Source: an uncultured Planctomycetia bacterium (GTDB taxonomy: Bacteria > Omnitrophota > Gorgyraeia > Duberdicusellales > 4484-171). Taken from it: 64,000 nucleotides of DNA. The stretch is taken from positions 420,056 to 484,055 of the forward strand of contig CAZVQU010000001.1 of the NCBI GenBank assembly GCA_964629655.1, given 5' to 3'. Below, in pieces: positions 1 to 11,088 of this stretch. The notes under the pieces are model-generated. The model did no database searches. It was given only the letters and a program-made list of their open reading frames with translations, and was not told where the DNA came from. The translations under genes and the position numbers were made by a program. How positions within the stretch are numbered: position 1 is the first letter of the stretch; every line of letters starts with the position of its first letter.

Positions 1-25
1 CCGGTCAATCCTAAAACTGGCATGG

Positions 26-1405
26 CTAATTCATCAACTCTTTGTATACTTCTATATACCTAGCAGCAGCTGCTTCCCAAGAAAAATTAAACTTGGTCAC
101 TTTTTCTAAGACAGCCTGCCACCTATTCTTATCCTTAAATACCTCTTGGGCTTTTGCTATAGCTTTTAGTAAGTCGGAACTATCATAGTTATTGAATGTG
201 AATCCTCCGCCGCCACTAGAAACATCAACAACCGTATCGACTAATCCACCAGTATGATTAGCTAAGGGTAAGGTGGCATACTTATAGCTAATCATCTGAG
301 AAAGACCACAAGGTTCAAACCTTGAAGGCAGTAAAAATACATCTATTCCAGCATATATCTTATGGGCTAAGGCCTCATCAAACTCTAAGACTAAGAAAAA
401 TGAATCTTTAAATTTAGCAGCCTTTTTCTTTAGTATTCTGTGATACCTGGGTTCACCTACGCCTAAAATAACTAATTGGCACTTTGAAGCAATTCCATCT
501 ATAGCCTCTAAGAGTATATCTATACCTTTTTGTTCAGCTAGTCTGCTAACCATACCCGTAAAAAGGACATCCCCATCCTCTTTTAAACCCAGCTCCCTTT
601 GAAGATTGGTTTTATTGATAACTTTATCAGCAAGGCAATCTGGAGAATACTTCTTATATATAAGATTATCTACCTTCGGATCCCAAATAGTATAATCAAT
701 AGCATTAAGAATTCCTATTAAATTCTTACCCTTCTTGCTTAAAATATCCTCTAGACCGCATCCAAATTCAGAAGTCTGTATCTGCTCAGCATAAGTAGGA
801 CTTACTGTAGTCACTATATCTGAAAAGACAATGCCTGCCTTAAGAAGATTTACCTTACCGTAAAATTCAAAGTACTCTTTATCAAAAAACTTATCAGAAA
901 TGCCTAATAGGGGAAATTTCTCCTTTCCTGATAATCCTTGATAGGCAAGATTATGAATAGTTAAAATGCACTTTGTATTTTTAAAAAAGGTATCGTCCTT
1001 ATAAAGGGTCTTAAGATAAACATTCACTAAGGCTGTCTGCCAATCATTACCATGGATGATATCCGGACAAAAATTTACTTTTTTCAAAACTCTAAGCACT
1101 TCTTTACTGTAGTAAGAAAACCTCTCCAGACTATCAGGGTAATCATGCCCATCCTCTCCCACGTAAATAGAATTACGTAAGAAATATTTATCATTCTTGA
1201 TAAAGAAAACCTCTATCGGACCTTGCTTAGTAATGCCAAAGCCGTCATGCATTTCTTGAGGTTTTATGCCCTTATGCATAGGCATGAATACTTTAACCTC
1301 AACTCCGGCCTTAACTAAACTATCAGGCAAAGCAGCGCTAACATCGCCAAGGCCACCGGTTTTAGCATATGGAAATACCTCTGAAGAGCAAAAAACTACT
1401 TTCAT
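26..1405 (-). CDS. glgA: Glycogen synthase (GT5)
   Basis: KTGGLGDV, HGNDWQT, TIHNLAYQG, SRLAEQKG and PSRFEPCGL motifs. Confidence 0.95.
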   Translation of the reverse strand: MKVVFCSSEVFPYAKTGGLGDVSAALPDSLVKAGVEVKVFMPMHKGIKPQEMHDGFGITKQGPIEVFFIKNDKYFLRNSIYVGEDGHDYPDSLERFSYYSKEVLRVLKKVNFCPDIIHGNDWQTALVNVYLKTLYKDDTFFKNTKCILTIHNLAYQGLSGKEKFPLLGISDKFFDKEYFEFYGKVNLLKAGIVFSDIVTTVSPTYAEQIQTSEFGCGLEDILSKKGKNLIGILNAIDYTIWDPKVDNLIYKKYSPDCLADKVINKTNLQRELGLKEDGDVLFTGMVSRLAEQKGIDILLEAIDGIASKCQLVILGVGEPRYHRILKKKAAKFKDSFFLVLEFDEALAHKIYAGIDVFLLPSRFEPCGLSQMISYKYATLPLANHTGGLVDTVVDVSSGGGGFTFNNYDSSDLLKAIAKAQEVFKDKNRWQAVLEKVTKFNFSWEAAAARYIEVYKELMN

Positions 1406-3909
1406 GCCACCTCCTCCATATCGCCCCAGTTCTTGCCAGCTTTCAGATTAACTTTGACCGGAACAGTTAACTTTATTGCTCCCTCCATATGCTTCTTTAC
1501 AATAATCTTGGCTCTATCTAGCTCATTGCTAACTACATCAAAAACAAGCTCATCGTGAATTTGCATTATCAGCTTTGTTTCCAAACCTTTTTCTACCAGC
1601 TCCTTGTCTATGTTTACCATGGCTACCTTAATGAGATCAGCGCATGAGCCTTGGATAGGAGCATTGGTTGCCTGGCGCCGGGAAAACTCCCGAAGCTGAA
1701 TATTAGCACTATTAATGTCGGGAAGTTTTCTTCTCCGACCTAAAATCGTAGTTACAAAGCCTTCCTTTTCTACCCGTCTACAGGTCTTACTTATATACCC
1801 TTTAACTTTAGGATATCGGTTAAAATAATCATCAATAAAGTTTTGGGCCTCACCCGGAGTAATCTTTAACTCCTTGGAAAGGCCAAAAGAACTCATCCCA
1901 TAAACAATACCAAAATTTACTCTTTTAGCTATATTGCGTTGAAGATCACTTATTTTTTCTGGTTTAATTCCAAAAAGAAGTCCAGCAGTAAAATTGTGAA
2001 TATCTAAATTCTGATCAAAAGCTTGAATTAAATTCTCATCTCCAGATAAATGAGCAAGTATTCTTAACTCAATCTGAGAGTAATCTCCGGAAAGGATATA
2101 GCCGCTGTCAGAAGAAGGAATAAATGCCTTTCTTAAAGCTTGTGAGAACTCACCCTTTACTGGAATACTCTGCAAATTAGGCGAAGAGCTGGAAAGCCTA
2201 CCGGTTTGAGTCCCAGTCTGATTAAATTGAGCATGTAGCATTCCTTCATTTCTATCAACTTCCTCTATCAAAGGAAGAATATATGTTGTTTTTAATTTAT
2301 TTAAATGCCGATACTCTAATATAAATCCGGCTATAGGATACTTGGAGGATAATTTATCTAAAACCTCCTCATTAGTAGAATATCCTGTCTTTGTCCTCTT
2401 TAAAGGCGTTATGCCTAAATCATCAAAGAGTATAGCCGCAAGCTGCTTAGGAGAATTCAGATTGAACCCCTTACCAGCAATCGCAAAAATTTTACCCCTA
2501 AGGTTATCACATTTCTTATCTACTTCTCTTTGCAAGTTTTTAAGGGTTTCTGTCTGGATCTTTACCCCGTGTTTTTGCATCTTGCTAAGTATTGGAATGA
2601 GCGGCATCTCTACCTCATAGAAAAGTCTATCTAGCCCCTCCTCTTTCAACTTAACTGATAATAATCTATAAAGCTGATAAGCAAAATAAGGAGTAGGCTC
2701 TGCCGGTATCTCGGGAAAATGTTCCCCAAGATAGTGAGAAACTAAAGTAGAAAGAGCATAGTCAGGCAGAGCTGATTCAAGCAAATAAGTAGCAATCTTT
2801 ACATCGAAGAAAAGGCCTTTTGCTTCAATACCTTCTAGATTAGTAAGCTGATTCTTAAAGCCATAAGATATCTTCTTTATCCTTTCATCCTCTAATATCT
2901 CTTTTAACATCGAAGTCAAAACCTTATAGACATGCTTTTTATCCTTATCAAAGACAAAAGAGCCCTCGGGTTGGATAAATAGGGACATATCCTCCTTAGC
3001 TAATTGTTCTAGCGCCTTCCTTGACACCCCCTCCTTTACTTCTAAATCTAAATTTAAAGCCGGAGCCGGAAAACTTTTTAAGAAAGCTTTAAACTCTAAC
3101 TCACAAAACATCTCATAAAGTCCTTTTGAATCCGGTTTTTCTATTTTTAAATCTCGACACTTCACTTCTAATCGGGGATAGGCTAATTGGACCAACTCTC
3201 TGCTTAACAAAACCATTTTTTTATTATCGATTAGTATCTTCCGAATCTTAGGAGAAATTTTATCTAGGTTTTTAAAAATATCCTCTACTGAGCCAAACTC
3301 TTTTATCAGTTTAACTGCACCTACCTTGCCTATTCCCTTAGCACCGGGAATATTATCAGTGCTATCTCCGGCTAATGAAAGATAGTCAACCATAAGTTCA
3401 GGGCCAAATCCATACTCTTCTAAAAAATCATCCTTGGTAACAAATTTATCCTTATTGCAATTGTAAACTTGCACCCTACCGGTCTCAATAAGCTGACAAA
3501 GGTCTTTATCTGAGCTAACTACAACAACTGATAGATCATCCTGCTTTGCTTTCTGGCAGAGCGAAGCAATTACATCGTCAGCTTCAAAACCTTTTTTCTC
3601 TACTATCTTTATTCCCAAAGATGTAACTAATTTTTTAATTAGAGGAATTTGTGATTTTAAGTCGTCCGGTAAAGGCGGCCTATTAATCTTATATTCTTTA
3701 AACTTTTCCTGACGAAAAGTCTTCCGCGAAACATCAAAACACATTCCGATATAATCAGGACCGAATTTAGAAATTATCTTGTTTAGTGTCCGGTAAAATC
3801 CATATACCGCGCCTACAGGAAGACCTCTGGAAGTAGAAAGCTTTACGGCAAAGAAAGAACGATAACAAAGGGCTGTACCATCAACCAGATATAATGTTTT
3901 TTTGGACAT
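1402..3909 (-). CDS. polA: DNA polymerase I (3'-5' exonuclease domain degenerate)
   Basis: 5'-3' exonuclease motifs (LVDG, FEADD, GDSTDNIPG); polymerase motifs DYSQIELR, KRVNFGIVYG, QIHDEL. Confidence 0.97.
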   Translation of the reverse strand: MSKKTLYLVDGTALCYRSFFAVKLSTSRGLPVGAVYGFYRTLNKIISKFGPDYIGMCFDVSRKTFRQEKFKEYKINRPPLPDDLKSQIPLIKKLVTSLGIKIVEKKGFEADDVIASLCQKAKQDDLSVVVVSSDKDLCQLIETGRVQVYNCNKDKFVTKDDFLEEYGFGPELMVDYLSLAGDSTDNIPGAKGIGKVGAVKLIKEFGSVEDIFKNLDKISPKIRKILIDNKKMVLLSRELVQLAYPRLEVKCRDLKIEKPDSKGLYEMFCELEFKAFLKSFPAPALNLDLEVKEGVSRKALEQLAKEDMSLFIQPEGSFVFDKDKKHVYKVLTSMLKEILEDERIKKISYGFKNQLTNLEGIEAKGLFFDVKIATYLLESALPDYALSTLVSHYLGEHFPEIPAEPTPYFAYQLYRLLSVKLKEEGLDRLFYEVEMPLIPILSKMQKHGVKIQTETLKNLQREVDKKCDNLRGKIFAIAGKGFNLNSPKQLAAILFDDLGITPLKRTKTGYSTNEEVLDKLSSKYPIAGFILEYRHLNKLKTTYILPLIEEVDRNEGMLHAQFNQTGTQTGRLSSSSPNLQSIPVKGEFSQALRKAFIPSSDSGYILSGDYSQIELRILAHLSGDENLIQAFDQNLDIHNFTAGLLFGIKPEKISDLQRNIAKRVNFGIVYGMSSFGLSKELKITPGEAQNFIDDYFNRYPKVKGYISKTCRRVEKEGFVTTILGRRRKLPDINSANIQLREFSRRQATNAPIQGSCADLIKVAMVNIDKELVEKGLETKLIMQIHDELVFDVVSNELDRAKIIVKKHMEGAIKLTVPVKVNLKAGKNWGDMEEVA

Positions 3910-3951
3910 CAGGAGTTAGAAATTATAGATTAAATGGCTGGTAAAAGTACC

Positions 3952-4770
3952 TTATTTTTTTTGGGTAATACGAGAAATAACTTCCAAAGCATCCCCGAGT
4001 TTCTTTTCTGCAGATAAATAATCATCGCTTTCTATACAATCCAAAGCAGTCTTAACGTCGCCGAGAATCTTCCTTCTTAAATAGAGTCTTTTTGCTTGTT
4101 TATGAAGCTTTACGGTTTTGTTCAAAATTTCCTCGTCTTCAGGATTTAAAAAGAATATTGCTTCAAATTCTTTTACCGCGGTTTCGTAGTCCTTCTCAAT
4201 AAAGGCTTGATTACCAATATTAAAGCGAAGTTTTGCTTCTTTTATCGCCTCTAGTTTTTCCTGAGAGCTCTTATCAATAATCTCCCTAGACAATTTAGCT
4301 GCTTGCTTCTCTAGCATCTCTCTTTTCACTCTAGGATATATGCCCAATTTAAGAAGGTGCTGACGGGAAACCTCCCACCAATAATCTCCCTCCCGGCCTA
4401 ATTCATATCTCCTCTGCCAATAGTAACTGGCATCCTTTATATTGCCTTTTTTCTCAGCTATAAATGCTAAATTGGTATAGGCTGATAAAAAGCTGGGGTC
4501 GATTTCTAATGTCTTTTTATACATCTCTGCAGCCTGGATAATCTCACCCTGACTCTCGTAAATCACCCCGATATCATTATAGGCCTGGGCATAGTGGGGA
4601 TCTATCTGGACAGCTTTCTGGTACCAAATTAAAGCACCTTCAATATCCCCCAGAGATTGCGCCCTATAACCTTCTTCCCGGTAAGCTTTGGCGTCTTCTT
4701 TCAAAAGAGACTCCGCTTGGGAAGAAAGCAAAGGAAAGATGAACAGGAAGATTACAAGGAAGACCCTCAT
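3952..4770 (-). CDS. Secreted TPR-repeat protein
   Basis: Signal peptide MRVFLVIFLFIFPLLSSQA; TPR motifs (AYNDIGVIY, AYTNLAFI); start moved to ATG 4770 because a promoter overlaps the longer ORF start. Confidence 0.8.
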   Translation of the reverse strand: MRVFLVIFLFIFPLLSSQAESLLKEDAKAYREEGYRAQSLGDIEGALIWYQKAVQIDPHYAQAYNDIGVIYESQGEIIQAAEMYKKTLEIDPSFLSAYTNLAFIAEKKGNIKDASYYWQRRYELGREGDYWWEVSRQHLLKLGIYPRVKREMLEKQAAKLSREIIDKSSQEKLEAIKEAKLRFNIGNQAFIEKDYETAVKEFEAIFFLNPEDEEILNKTVKLHKQAKRLYLRRKILGDVKTALDCIESDDYLSAEKKLGDALEVISRITQKK

Positions 4771-4778
4771 CGATTTTA

Positions 4779-4807
4779 ACTCTATCATGAATAAGCAGTT
4801 ATGTCAA
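4779..4807 (-). promoter_or_regulatory. Sigma70-type promoter of the TPR gene
   Basis: TTGACA-17 bp-TAGAGT. Confidence 0.55.
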
Positions 4808-4818
4808 GAAAATTCCCT

Positions 4819-6555
4819 CTATTCTATTAGATAAATGTGCTCTATTTGAGAAAAAGCACCGCCGTAAATAGTAGGATAAAGGTTCCCGAACTTATTTCTT
4901 ACCGCATAAATCGAGTAAGGAACCACTGTGTAGATAAGCGGGAGCTGCTCAGCTACTATTTGCTGCCAACGTGAGAATAGAGCTTTTCTCTTCTCTTCAT
5001 CAAGAATTCTAGCAGTCTGATTAAAAATATCTTCAATTTCAACCTCATATTGGTCTAAAGGTTCTTTACTAAGGTTCCACATATGCAGATTGCCCTTGTA
5101 AGACCAGACATTTTTGCCAAAATAAGGTTCAATTCCTCCGGTAAGACCGATTAGAATCATTTCCCAATCAAGAGTAGCCGTTAGCTTACTCACCAGATTA
5201 TTAAAATCAAGAGGTAAAAAGTGTATCTTTACGCCAATTGCCTCTAAGTCTTTTTTGACCAATGTAGCAATTTGGACCCGCTGGGTATTCTCAGCCGGAG
5301 TAAAAAATGTAATCTCTAAAGCTCGGCCTCCCTTATCCTCTAAGATTCCATCTCTATCTCTATCGCTAAAGCCTATATCAAAAAGGATATTTTTTGCTCT
5401 TTTAGAATCATAAGAATACTTCTTAACCTTGTCGCTATAATAATATATATTTGCCGGACTCACCGGAGAATGTTGGGGTATGCCCAACCCATTCATTAAA
5501 ATATCAACAATTTTCTCTCGGTTTATAGCATAAGATAGCGCTTTACGGAAATCTTTATTCTTGAACCACTCTAGCTTATGAGGTTTAACAAAAGGTTTAT
5601 CAGTATGAGGATTAGTGCCTGAATTCTGATTAAGAACTACGAAATTGGACATTAGAGAAGGTCCTGAATTATAAATTGTAAAATTACCCTTGCTTTGATC
5701 CGGCCCTAAGATACCTAGATCTTGAGGCCTTATGGAATAGTGGTCAATCTCACCTTCTAAGAATCTCAACATCGCCGTATCAGGATTAGCAAGAATAACG
5801 AAGAGTATCTTGTCTAAATAAGGGACTTGATTCCGGCAAGAGTCTTTCTTCCAATAAAAAGGATTTCTCTCTAGTATCACTCTTTCTCCGGGAAGATATT
5901 TTGCTAATCTGAAAGGCCCGGTTCCAACAATATCGGCTAGTTTTGTATCTAGCCCCATACTAAAAGTAAACTTACCTTCTGCGACTAAAGAAGCATATTT
6001 ATGAACCGGCAGAATTTCATGAGAAAGAGCACGCAAGAAAGGTGCAAAGGTAAAGGGAAGTGTAAACTTTACTGTATAATCATCAACTCTCTCGACAATT
6101 ATCTTCTCTCCCTCTACAGTAAAAATATCTCTACTGCTAGTAGGAATATCAGGATTATAAATTAAATCATTAAAGGTAAAAACAATATCTTTGGCAGTAA
6201 ATCTCTCGCCGTCATTCCACTTAACGTCTCTGCGCAAATGGAAAATCCACTCCTTTCCGTCATCAGAAGTTTCCCAATTTAAAGCTAAATTTCCTAGCAC
6301 CTCTAAAGTTACCGGATGAGTACGGGTTAAGCCTTCAAAAATATATCCGGTAATTTGAGTAGTCGAAGTTTCTTGGGCAACTATCGGATTAAATGACTTA
6401 GGGTCAGTGATAGTTGAGAGAACTAACTCCCCGCCTCTTTGGCCACAGGCTATTTGATAATCCTCATAAGGCTTCTTAAAAGGCTCGGAAGCTAAAGCCT
6501 GCGGAACCAAGAGCAAAGTGCTTGTTGTTATGATTAAAAATAAATTATTCTTCAT
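4819..6555 (-). CDS. ABC transporter substrate-binding protein, family 5 (peptide/nickel)
   Basis: Signal peptide; DPKSFNP, FHLRRDVKWNDG, VGTGPF and FRKALSYAINR motifs. Confidence 0.92.
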   Translation of the reverse strand: MKNNLFLIITTSTLLLVPQALASEPFKKPYEDYQIACGQRGGELVLSTITDPKSFNPIVAQETSTTQITGYIFEGLTRTHPVTLEVLGNLALNWETSDDGKEWIFHLRRDVKWNDGERFTAKDIVFTFNDLIYNPDIPTSSRDIFTVEGEKIIVERVDDYTVKFTLPFTFAPFLRALSHEILPVHKYASLVAEGKFTFSMGLDTKLADIVGTGPFRLAKYLPGERVILERNPFYWKKDSCRNQVPYLDKILFVILANPDTAMLRFLEGEIDHYSIRPQDLGILGPDQSKGNFTIYNSGPSLMSNFVVLNQNSGTNPHTDKPFVKPHKLEWFKNKDFRKALSYAINREKIVDILMNGLGIPQHSPVSPANIYYYSDKVKKYSYDSKRAKNILFDIGFSDRDRDGILEDKGGRALEITFFTPAENTQRVQIATLVKKDLEAIGVKIHFLPLDFNNLVSKLTATLDWEMILIGLTGGIEPYFGKNVWSYKGNLHMWNLSKEPLDQYEVEIEDIFNQTARILDEEKRKALFSRWQQIVAEQLPLIYTVVPYSIYAVRNKFGNLYPTIYGGAFSQIEHIYLIE

Positions 6556-6922
6556 CCGCTAAAGGTGAAGGCTCTTTGGGCGGTGTCGATTCTTCGAGAG
6601 TAGATAGTTCTTGAGTAGCATCTACAGCGAAGTCTTCGGTAATATTCTCGTTTTCAATTTCAGTAGTTAAACTTTCATATTTACCCATCAAAGATCTTCC
6701 TCTTGCTTTGGAAAGATAAGCTAAGGATATCGAAGTAAGGAAAAAACAAACAGCTAAAACTACGGTTACCTTTACAAAGAAAGCGCTAGTCTTGGTGCCA
6801 AAGATTGATTCTACTCCTCCTAAAGCCTCAACAAGGCCTCCACTTCTGCCTCTTTGGATAAGAATCATTCCAATCAAAGCCACCACAACAATAACATGGA
6901 CAATTAAAACTAGATCATACAT
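6545..6922 (-). CDS. secG: Preprotein translocase subunit SecG
   Basis: Two TM helices with ILIQRGRSGGL linker; directly downstream of tpiA. Confidence 0.92.
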   Translation of the reverse strand: MYDLVLIVHVIVVVALIGMILIQRGRSGGLVEALGGVESIFGTKTSAFFVKVTVVLAVCFFLTSISLAYLSKARGRSLMGKYESLTTEIENENITEDFAVDATQELSTLEESTPPKEPSPLADEE

Positions 6923-6938
6923 AATCGTTTCTCTCCTT

Positions 6939-6976
6939 TAATGAGCACATCCCTAAAGGAATAGTGCGGATTATCC
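6939..6976. repeat. Short palindromic intergenic repeat, copy 1
   Basis: TAATGAGCACATCCCTAAAGGAATAGTGCGGATTATCC, near-identical to 53029-53065. Confidence 0.85.
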
Positions 6977-7729
6977 TAAGGAATTTTTAACTATTTCTAC
7001 AAAAGAAGAACTATCTAAAGAAGCTCCTCCTACTAACGCTCCATCGATATCATCCTGCTGCATTAATTCTTTTATATTAGCCGGTTTAACGCTCCCCCCG
7101 TAGAGAATACGCAGATTATCGGCTACCTCTTCTGAGCAATTATCAACTAACCAACCTCGGATAAAACTATGAACTTCTTGAGCTTGCTGAGAGGTTGCAG
7201 TCTTTCCAGTGCCGATTGCCCATACTGGTTCATAAGCAATGATTAAATTTAAAAGCGCATCTTTTTCCAAACCTTCTAAGCCTCCAGCTAACTGGCTCTT
7301 TACAACATCAATAGTCTTGTCCGCTTCACGCTCTTCTAAGGTTTCACCTACGCAAAAAATAGAAATTAAATCTGTCCTTTGAGCTGCCTTTATTCTTTTA
7401 TTTACACTCTCATCACTCTCGTTAAAGTACTTTCTTCTCTCGGAGTGTCCGATAATTACATATTTACAACCGGCATCCTTTAGCATTTCCGGTGAGATTT
7501 CACCAGTAAAAGCACCTGAAGCTTCCCAGTAAACATTCTGAGCTCCTAGAAAGATATTAGAATCTATTAAAAGGTCTGAAACGTCAGAAAGTGCTGTATA
7601 TACCGGGCAAACGATAATCTCTGCCTCTTGAATATCAATAAGCTCTCTCTTTAAGCTATTAACTAGCTCGATTGCTTCCTTAATAGTCTTGTTCATCTTC
7701 CAATTACCAGCAATAACGGGTTTTCTCAT
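6971..7729 (-). CDS. tpiA: Triosephosphate isomerase
   Basis: AGNWKMN, GHSERR, AYEPVWAIGTG, YGGSV, LVGGAS. Confidence 0.98.
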   Translation of the reverse strand: MRKPVIAGNWKMNKTIKEAIELVNSLKRELIDIQEAEIIVCPVYTALSDVSDLLIDSNIFLGAQNVYWEASGAFTGEISPEMLKDAGCKYVIIGHSERRKYFNESDESVNKRIKAAQRTDLISIFCVGETLEEREADKTIDVVKSQLAGGLEGLEKDALLNLIIAYEPVWAIGTGKTATSQQAQEVHSFIRGWLVDNCSEEVADNLRILYGGSVKPANIKELMQQDDIDGALVGGASLDSSSFVEIVKNSLG

Positions 7730-7777
7730 AATTTATTCCTTCCTCATCAATAAGGTTCCTAATAATAACTTATACTT

Positions 7778-8962
7778 CTATTTATCAGCTAGGGCTGCAA
7801 CCCCTGGCAATACCTTACCCTCTAAATACTCTAGAGATGCTCCGCCACCAGTAGAAATATGTGACATTTTACAAGAAAGAGAAAACTTTGCTACTGCAGC
7901 TGCGGTGTCTCCTCCGCCAATAACCGAGGTTGCCCCTGAGACAGCAATAGCTACAGCTAAAGCCTCTGAGCCCCCGGCAAATGCATCTTTTTCAAAAATT
8001 CCTACTGGTCCATTCCAGACAATGGTTTTGGCTTCTCTTATTTTATCACAGAAAAGCTTTATTGTCTTAGGGCCAATGTCAACAGCCATCCAACCGACAT
8101 CAACAGAAGCACCTTCAGTAGTTTTAACATTAGCAGCTTCCTTAATATTGTCAGTGATGACATGATCAACTGGCAAGAGGATCTCAACACCCTTTTTTCC
8201 TGCCTTTTTGAGTATTTTCTCTACCGTTTCAAATGATTCTTCCTCGACGCGAGAAGAACCAACGTCAACGCCTCCAACCTTCATGAAGGTATAAGCCATT
8301 GCCCCGCCTATTAAGAGGCAATCAGCTTTATCAATCATGTTCTCGATAACTGGAATCTTATCAGATACTTTTGCACCGCCAAGTATAAAAATAAAAGGTT
8401 TAGAGCTTGAAGTTAAAACCTTGCTGAAGTACTCTATCTCTTTTTGAACTAAAAACCCTGACACTGACTCAAGATGATGAGTTACTCCTTCAGTAGAAGC
8501 ATGCGAGCGATGACAAGTTCCAAAAGCATCATTAACAAACACATCTCCCAATGCCGCTAATTCCTTAGCAAACTCAGGATCATTTTTTATCTCGGCGGTA
8601 TGGAATCTTAAATTCTCAAGAACCACAACATCGCCTTCACTCATCTGGCTAACAGCAGCTTTAACTGCCTCGCCAACACAATCGTCAAGCAGCCTGACTG
8701 ACTTTTCCAATAACCTGCCTAGGTGCCTAGCTACTGGCCCTAAGCTAAATTCCTTCTTCCTCTCGCCCTTGGGTCTTCCCAGGTGGCTAATTAGAATAAG
8801 CTTTCCGCCGGCTTGGATAATATACTTTAAAGTCTGTAAAGCCTTCTGGATTCTATTGTCATCAGTAATGTTTAGATTCTCATCCAGGGGTACGTTAAAA
8901 TCAACTCTGGTAAGCACACGCTTACCCTTAAGGTCAATATCTTTTACTGATTTTTTATCCAC
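7778..8962 (-). CDS. pgk: Phosphoglycerate kinase
   Basis: RVDFNVP, SHLGRP, LENLRF, GGAKVSDK, STGGGASLE. Confidence 0.98.
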   Translation of the reverse strand: MDKKSVKDIDLKGKRVLTRVDFNVPLDENLNITDDNRIQKALQTLKYIIQAGGKLILISHLGRPKGERKKEFSLGPVARHLGRLLEKSVRLLDDCVGEAVKAAVSQMSEGDVVVLENLRFHTAEIKNDPEFAKELAALGDVFVNDAFGTCHRSHASTEGVTHHLESVSGFLVQKEIEYFSKVLTSSSKPFIFILGGAKVSDKIPVIENMIDKADCLLIGGAMAYTFMKVGGVDVGSSRVEEESFETVEKILKKAGKKGVEILLPVDHVITDNIKEAANVKTTEGASVDVGWMAVDIGPKTIKLFCDKIREAKTIVWNGPVGIFEKDAFAGGSEALAVAIAVSGATSVIGGGDTAAAVAKFSLSCKMSHISTGGGASLEYLEGKVLPGVAALADK

Positions 8963-8980
8963 CTTTTAACTCCGGGCTTC

Positions 8981-9982
8981 TTATTTAACCATATACTTAA
9001 TTAAATCTACGACTCGGCAAGAATAACCCCACTCGTTGTCATACCAAGATAAAATCTTAACCATATCGCCAAAACAAAATGTTTGTTTAGCATCTACTAT
9101 TGAAGATAGTGGATTCTTCTTAAAATCAATAGATACTAACGGCTCGTTGCTTACTCCCATTATTCCTTTCATCTTGCCATTAGCAGCCTCGGTTAAAACC
9201 TTATTTACCTCTTCAGTTGTAGTCTCTTTCCCTAGCTGGAATACAACGTCAACTATAGAAACAGTAGGGGTGGGGACTCTTATTGCTAAACCATCAAGTT
9301 TTCCTTTCAGCTCAGGGATAACTAATCCTACTGCCTTAGCTGCACCAGTTGTAGTTGGTATCATTGAAAGCGCAGCTGCTCTGGCTCTGCGTAAATCAGA
9401 ATGCGGATAATCTAACACCTTTTGGTCATTAGTGTAAGAATGAATCGTAGTCATAAGTCCTTTCTTAATATCAAAAGCATCTTTTAAAGCCTTTGCTACT
9501 GGTGCTATACAATTAGTAGTACACGAAGCGTTAGATACTATATTATCTTTGCCGGCATCGTACTTCTCTTCATTTACCCCTAAAACAAAGGTAGCAACAT
9601 CCCCTTTAGCTGGGGCTGATATTATAACTTTCTTTGCTCCAGCCTTGAGATGTAATCCGGCCTTCTGGGCATCACGGAAAAATCCGGTTGATTCTACTAC
9701 TACCTCTACTCCCAAATCTGCCCAGGGAAGATTAGCAGGATCTCTCTCTGATAAGACTTTAATCTTCTTTCCATCAATCACAAGAGAATCTCCCTCAGCT
9801 TTTACCTCATTGGAAAGAATACCAAAATTTGAGTCATATTTTAGAAGATAAGCTAAGGTAGCTGCATCAGTAAGGTCATTCACAGCTACAATATCAACAT
9901 TTGCTTCACCTCTTTCTAGCGCTGACCTCAACACTAATCTTCCAATTCTACCAAACCCATTAATACCTACTTTTATTCCCAT
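8981..9982 (-). CDS. gap: Glyceraldehyde-3-phosphate dehydrogenase
   Basis: [25 protein letters not shown]. Confidence 0.98.
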   Translation of the reverse strand: MGIKVGINGFGRIGRLVLRSALERGEANVDIVAVNDLTDAATLAYLLKYDSNFGILSNEVKAEGDSLVIDGKKIKVLSERDPANLPWADLGVEVVVESTGFFRDAQKAGLHLKAGAKKVIISAPAKGDVATFVLGVNEEKYDAGKDNIVSNASCTTNCIAPVAKALKDAFDIKKGLMTTIHSYTNDQKVLDYPHSDLRRARAAALSMIPTTTGAAKAVGLVIPELKGKLDGLAIRVPTPTVSIVDVVFQLGKETTTEEVNKVLTEAANGKMKGIMGVSNEPLVSIDFKKNPLSSIVDAKQTFCFGDMVKILSWYDNEWGYSCRVVDLIKYMVK

Positions 9983-10009
9983 TTCTTCCTCCTTTTCTTG
10001 AAATAACCT

Positions 10010-11011
10010 CTAAATTTTTACCTCTCTTAAACATTCACTTGCTAATTCCGGCGGTGTAGAATTTATGTAAAATCCTGTTCCCCACTCAAACCCAGCAATT
10101 TTAGTTAACTTAGGCATAAGTTCAACATGCCAATGGCAAAGTTCATTAGTCTCACCGTTAAGTGGACTAGTGTGGATAATAAAATTGTAAGGCGGATTAT
10201 CTAGTAATACTTTCATCCGTAAAAGAATGTCTTTTAATATTCTTGCGAAGCTATTGATTTGGCCTTCACTGATATCGATAAATGAGTGCTGATGCTTCTT
10301 GGGAACTATGCACATCTCAAATGGTGAACGTGAAGCAAAAGGGCAAAAGGCATAAAAGTCATCATTCTCGCAAATCTGGCGTTTTTGCTCTTTCTTCTCC
10401 TGGTCTATCATGTCACAAAACACACAGCTTTTCTTATCCTCAAAATACCGCTGCATGCCTTCAAGTTCTCCACTAACCCGTCTAGGAACCACCGGTAAAG
10501 ATATAAGTTGAGTATGGCTATGTTCTAGGGAAGCTCCAGCAGCTAAACCGTAATTTTTAAATATCAATACATATTTGAAACGTTTATCTTCACCTAATAC
10601 AAGACTTCTTCTCTTGTAAGCAGTTATTACTCTTTTAATCTCATCAACACTTAAATCAGCCAGCTGCCTATCATGACTAGGGGTCTCTATAATGACCTCA
10701 TGCTGGCCTACCCCCCTCATAATATCAAAAATTCCTCTACTCTTCTTTCCTAAATCAGATACATTTTCTAAAGCTGGATACTTGTTAGGCACTGTTCTGA
10801 TTAACCATCCCGGAGTATCTCCGTCAGTAGCCGAAGGCCTATCAGCATCAACCTCAGGAGGCGTCAGCTTTTCATTACCTTCACAAAAAGGACAAGAGTC
10901 GTTTTCAGCAATAGCATCTTTCTCAGGCTTAAAATCACTGGGCCTTTTTCCCCGTTCAGTAGCAATAATAACCCAACGTCCGATTATAGGATCTTTTCTT
11001 AGTTCTGGCAT
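10010..11011 (-). CDS. galT: Galactose-1-phosphate uridylyltransferase (GalT/HIT family)
   Basis: MPELRKDP, CPFC, NKYPAL, GASLEHSHTQ. Confidence 0.9.
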   Translation of the reverse strand: MPELRKDPIIGRWVIIATERGKRPSDFKPEKDAIAENDSCPFCEGNEKLTPPEVDADRPSATDGDTPGWLIRTVPNKYPALENVSDLGKKSRGIFDIMRGVGQHEVIIETPSHDRQLADLSVDEIKRVITAYKRRSLVLGEDKRFKYVLIFKNYGLAAGASLEHSHTQLISLPVVPRRVSGELEGMQRYFEDKKSCVFCDMIDQEKKEQKRQICENDDFYAFCPFASRSPFEMCIVPKKHQHSFIDISEGQINSFARILKDILLRMKVLLDNPPYNFIIHTSPLNGETNELCHWHVELMPKLTKIAGFEWGTGFYINSTPPELASECLREVKI

Positions 11012-11088
11012 ATCTTCTAAATTGGCCTAGAATTCAGTGTTTTTCTGGGAAATTATTATAGCAATCGTAAGGCAAAATGCAAAGGATT

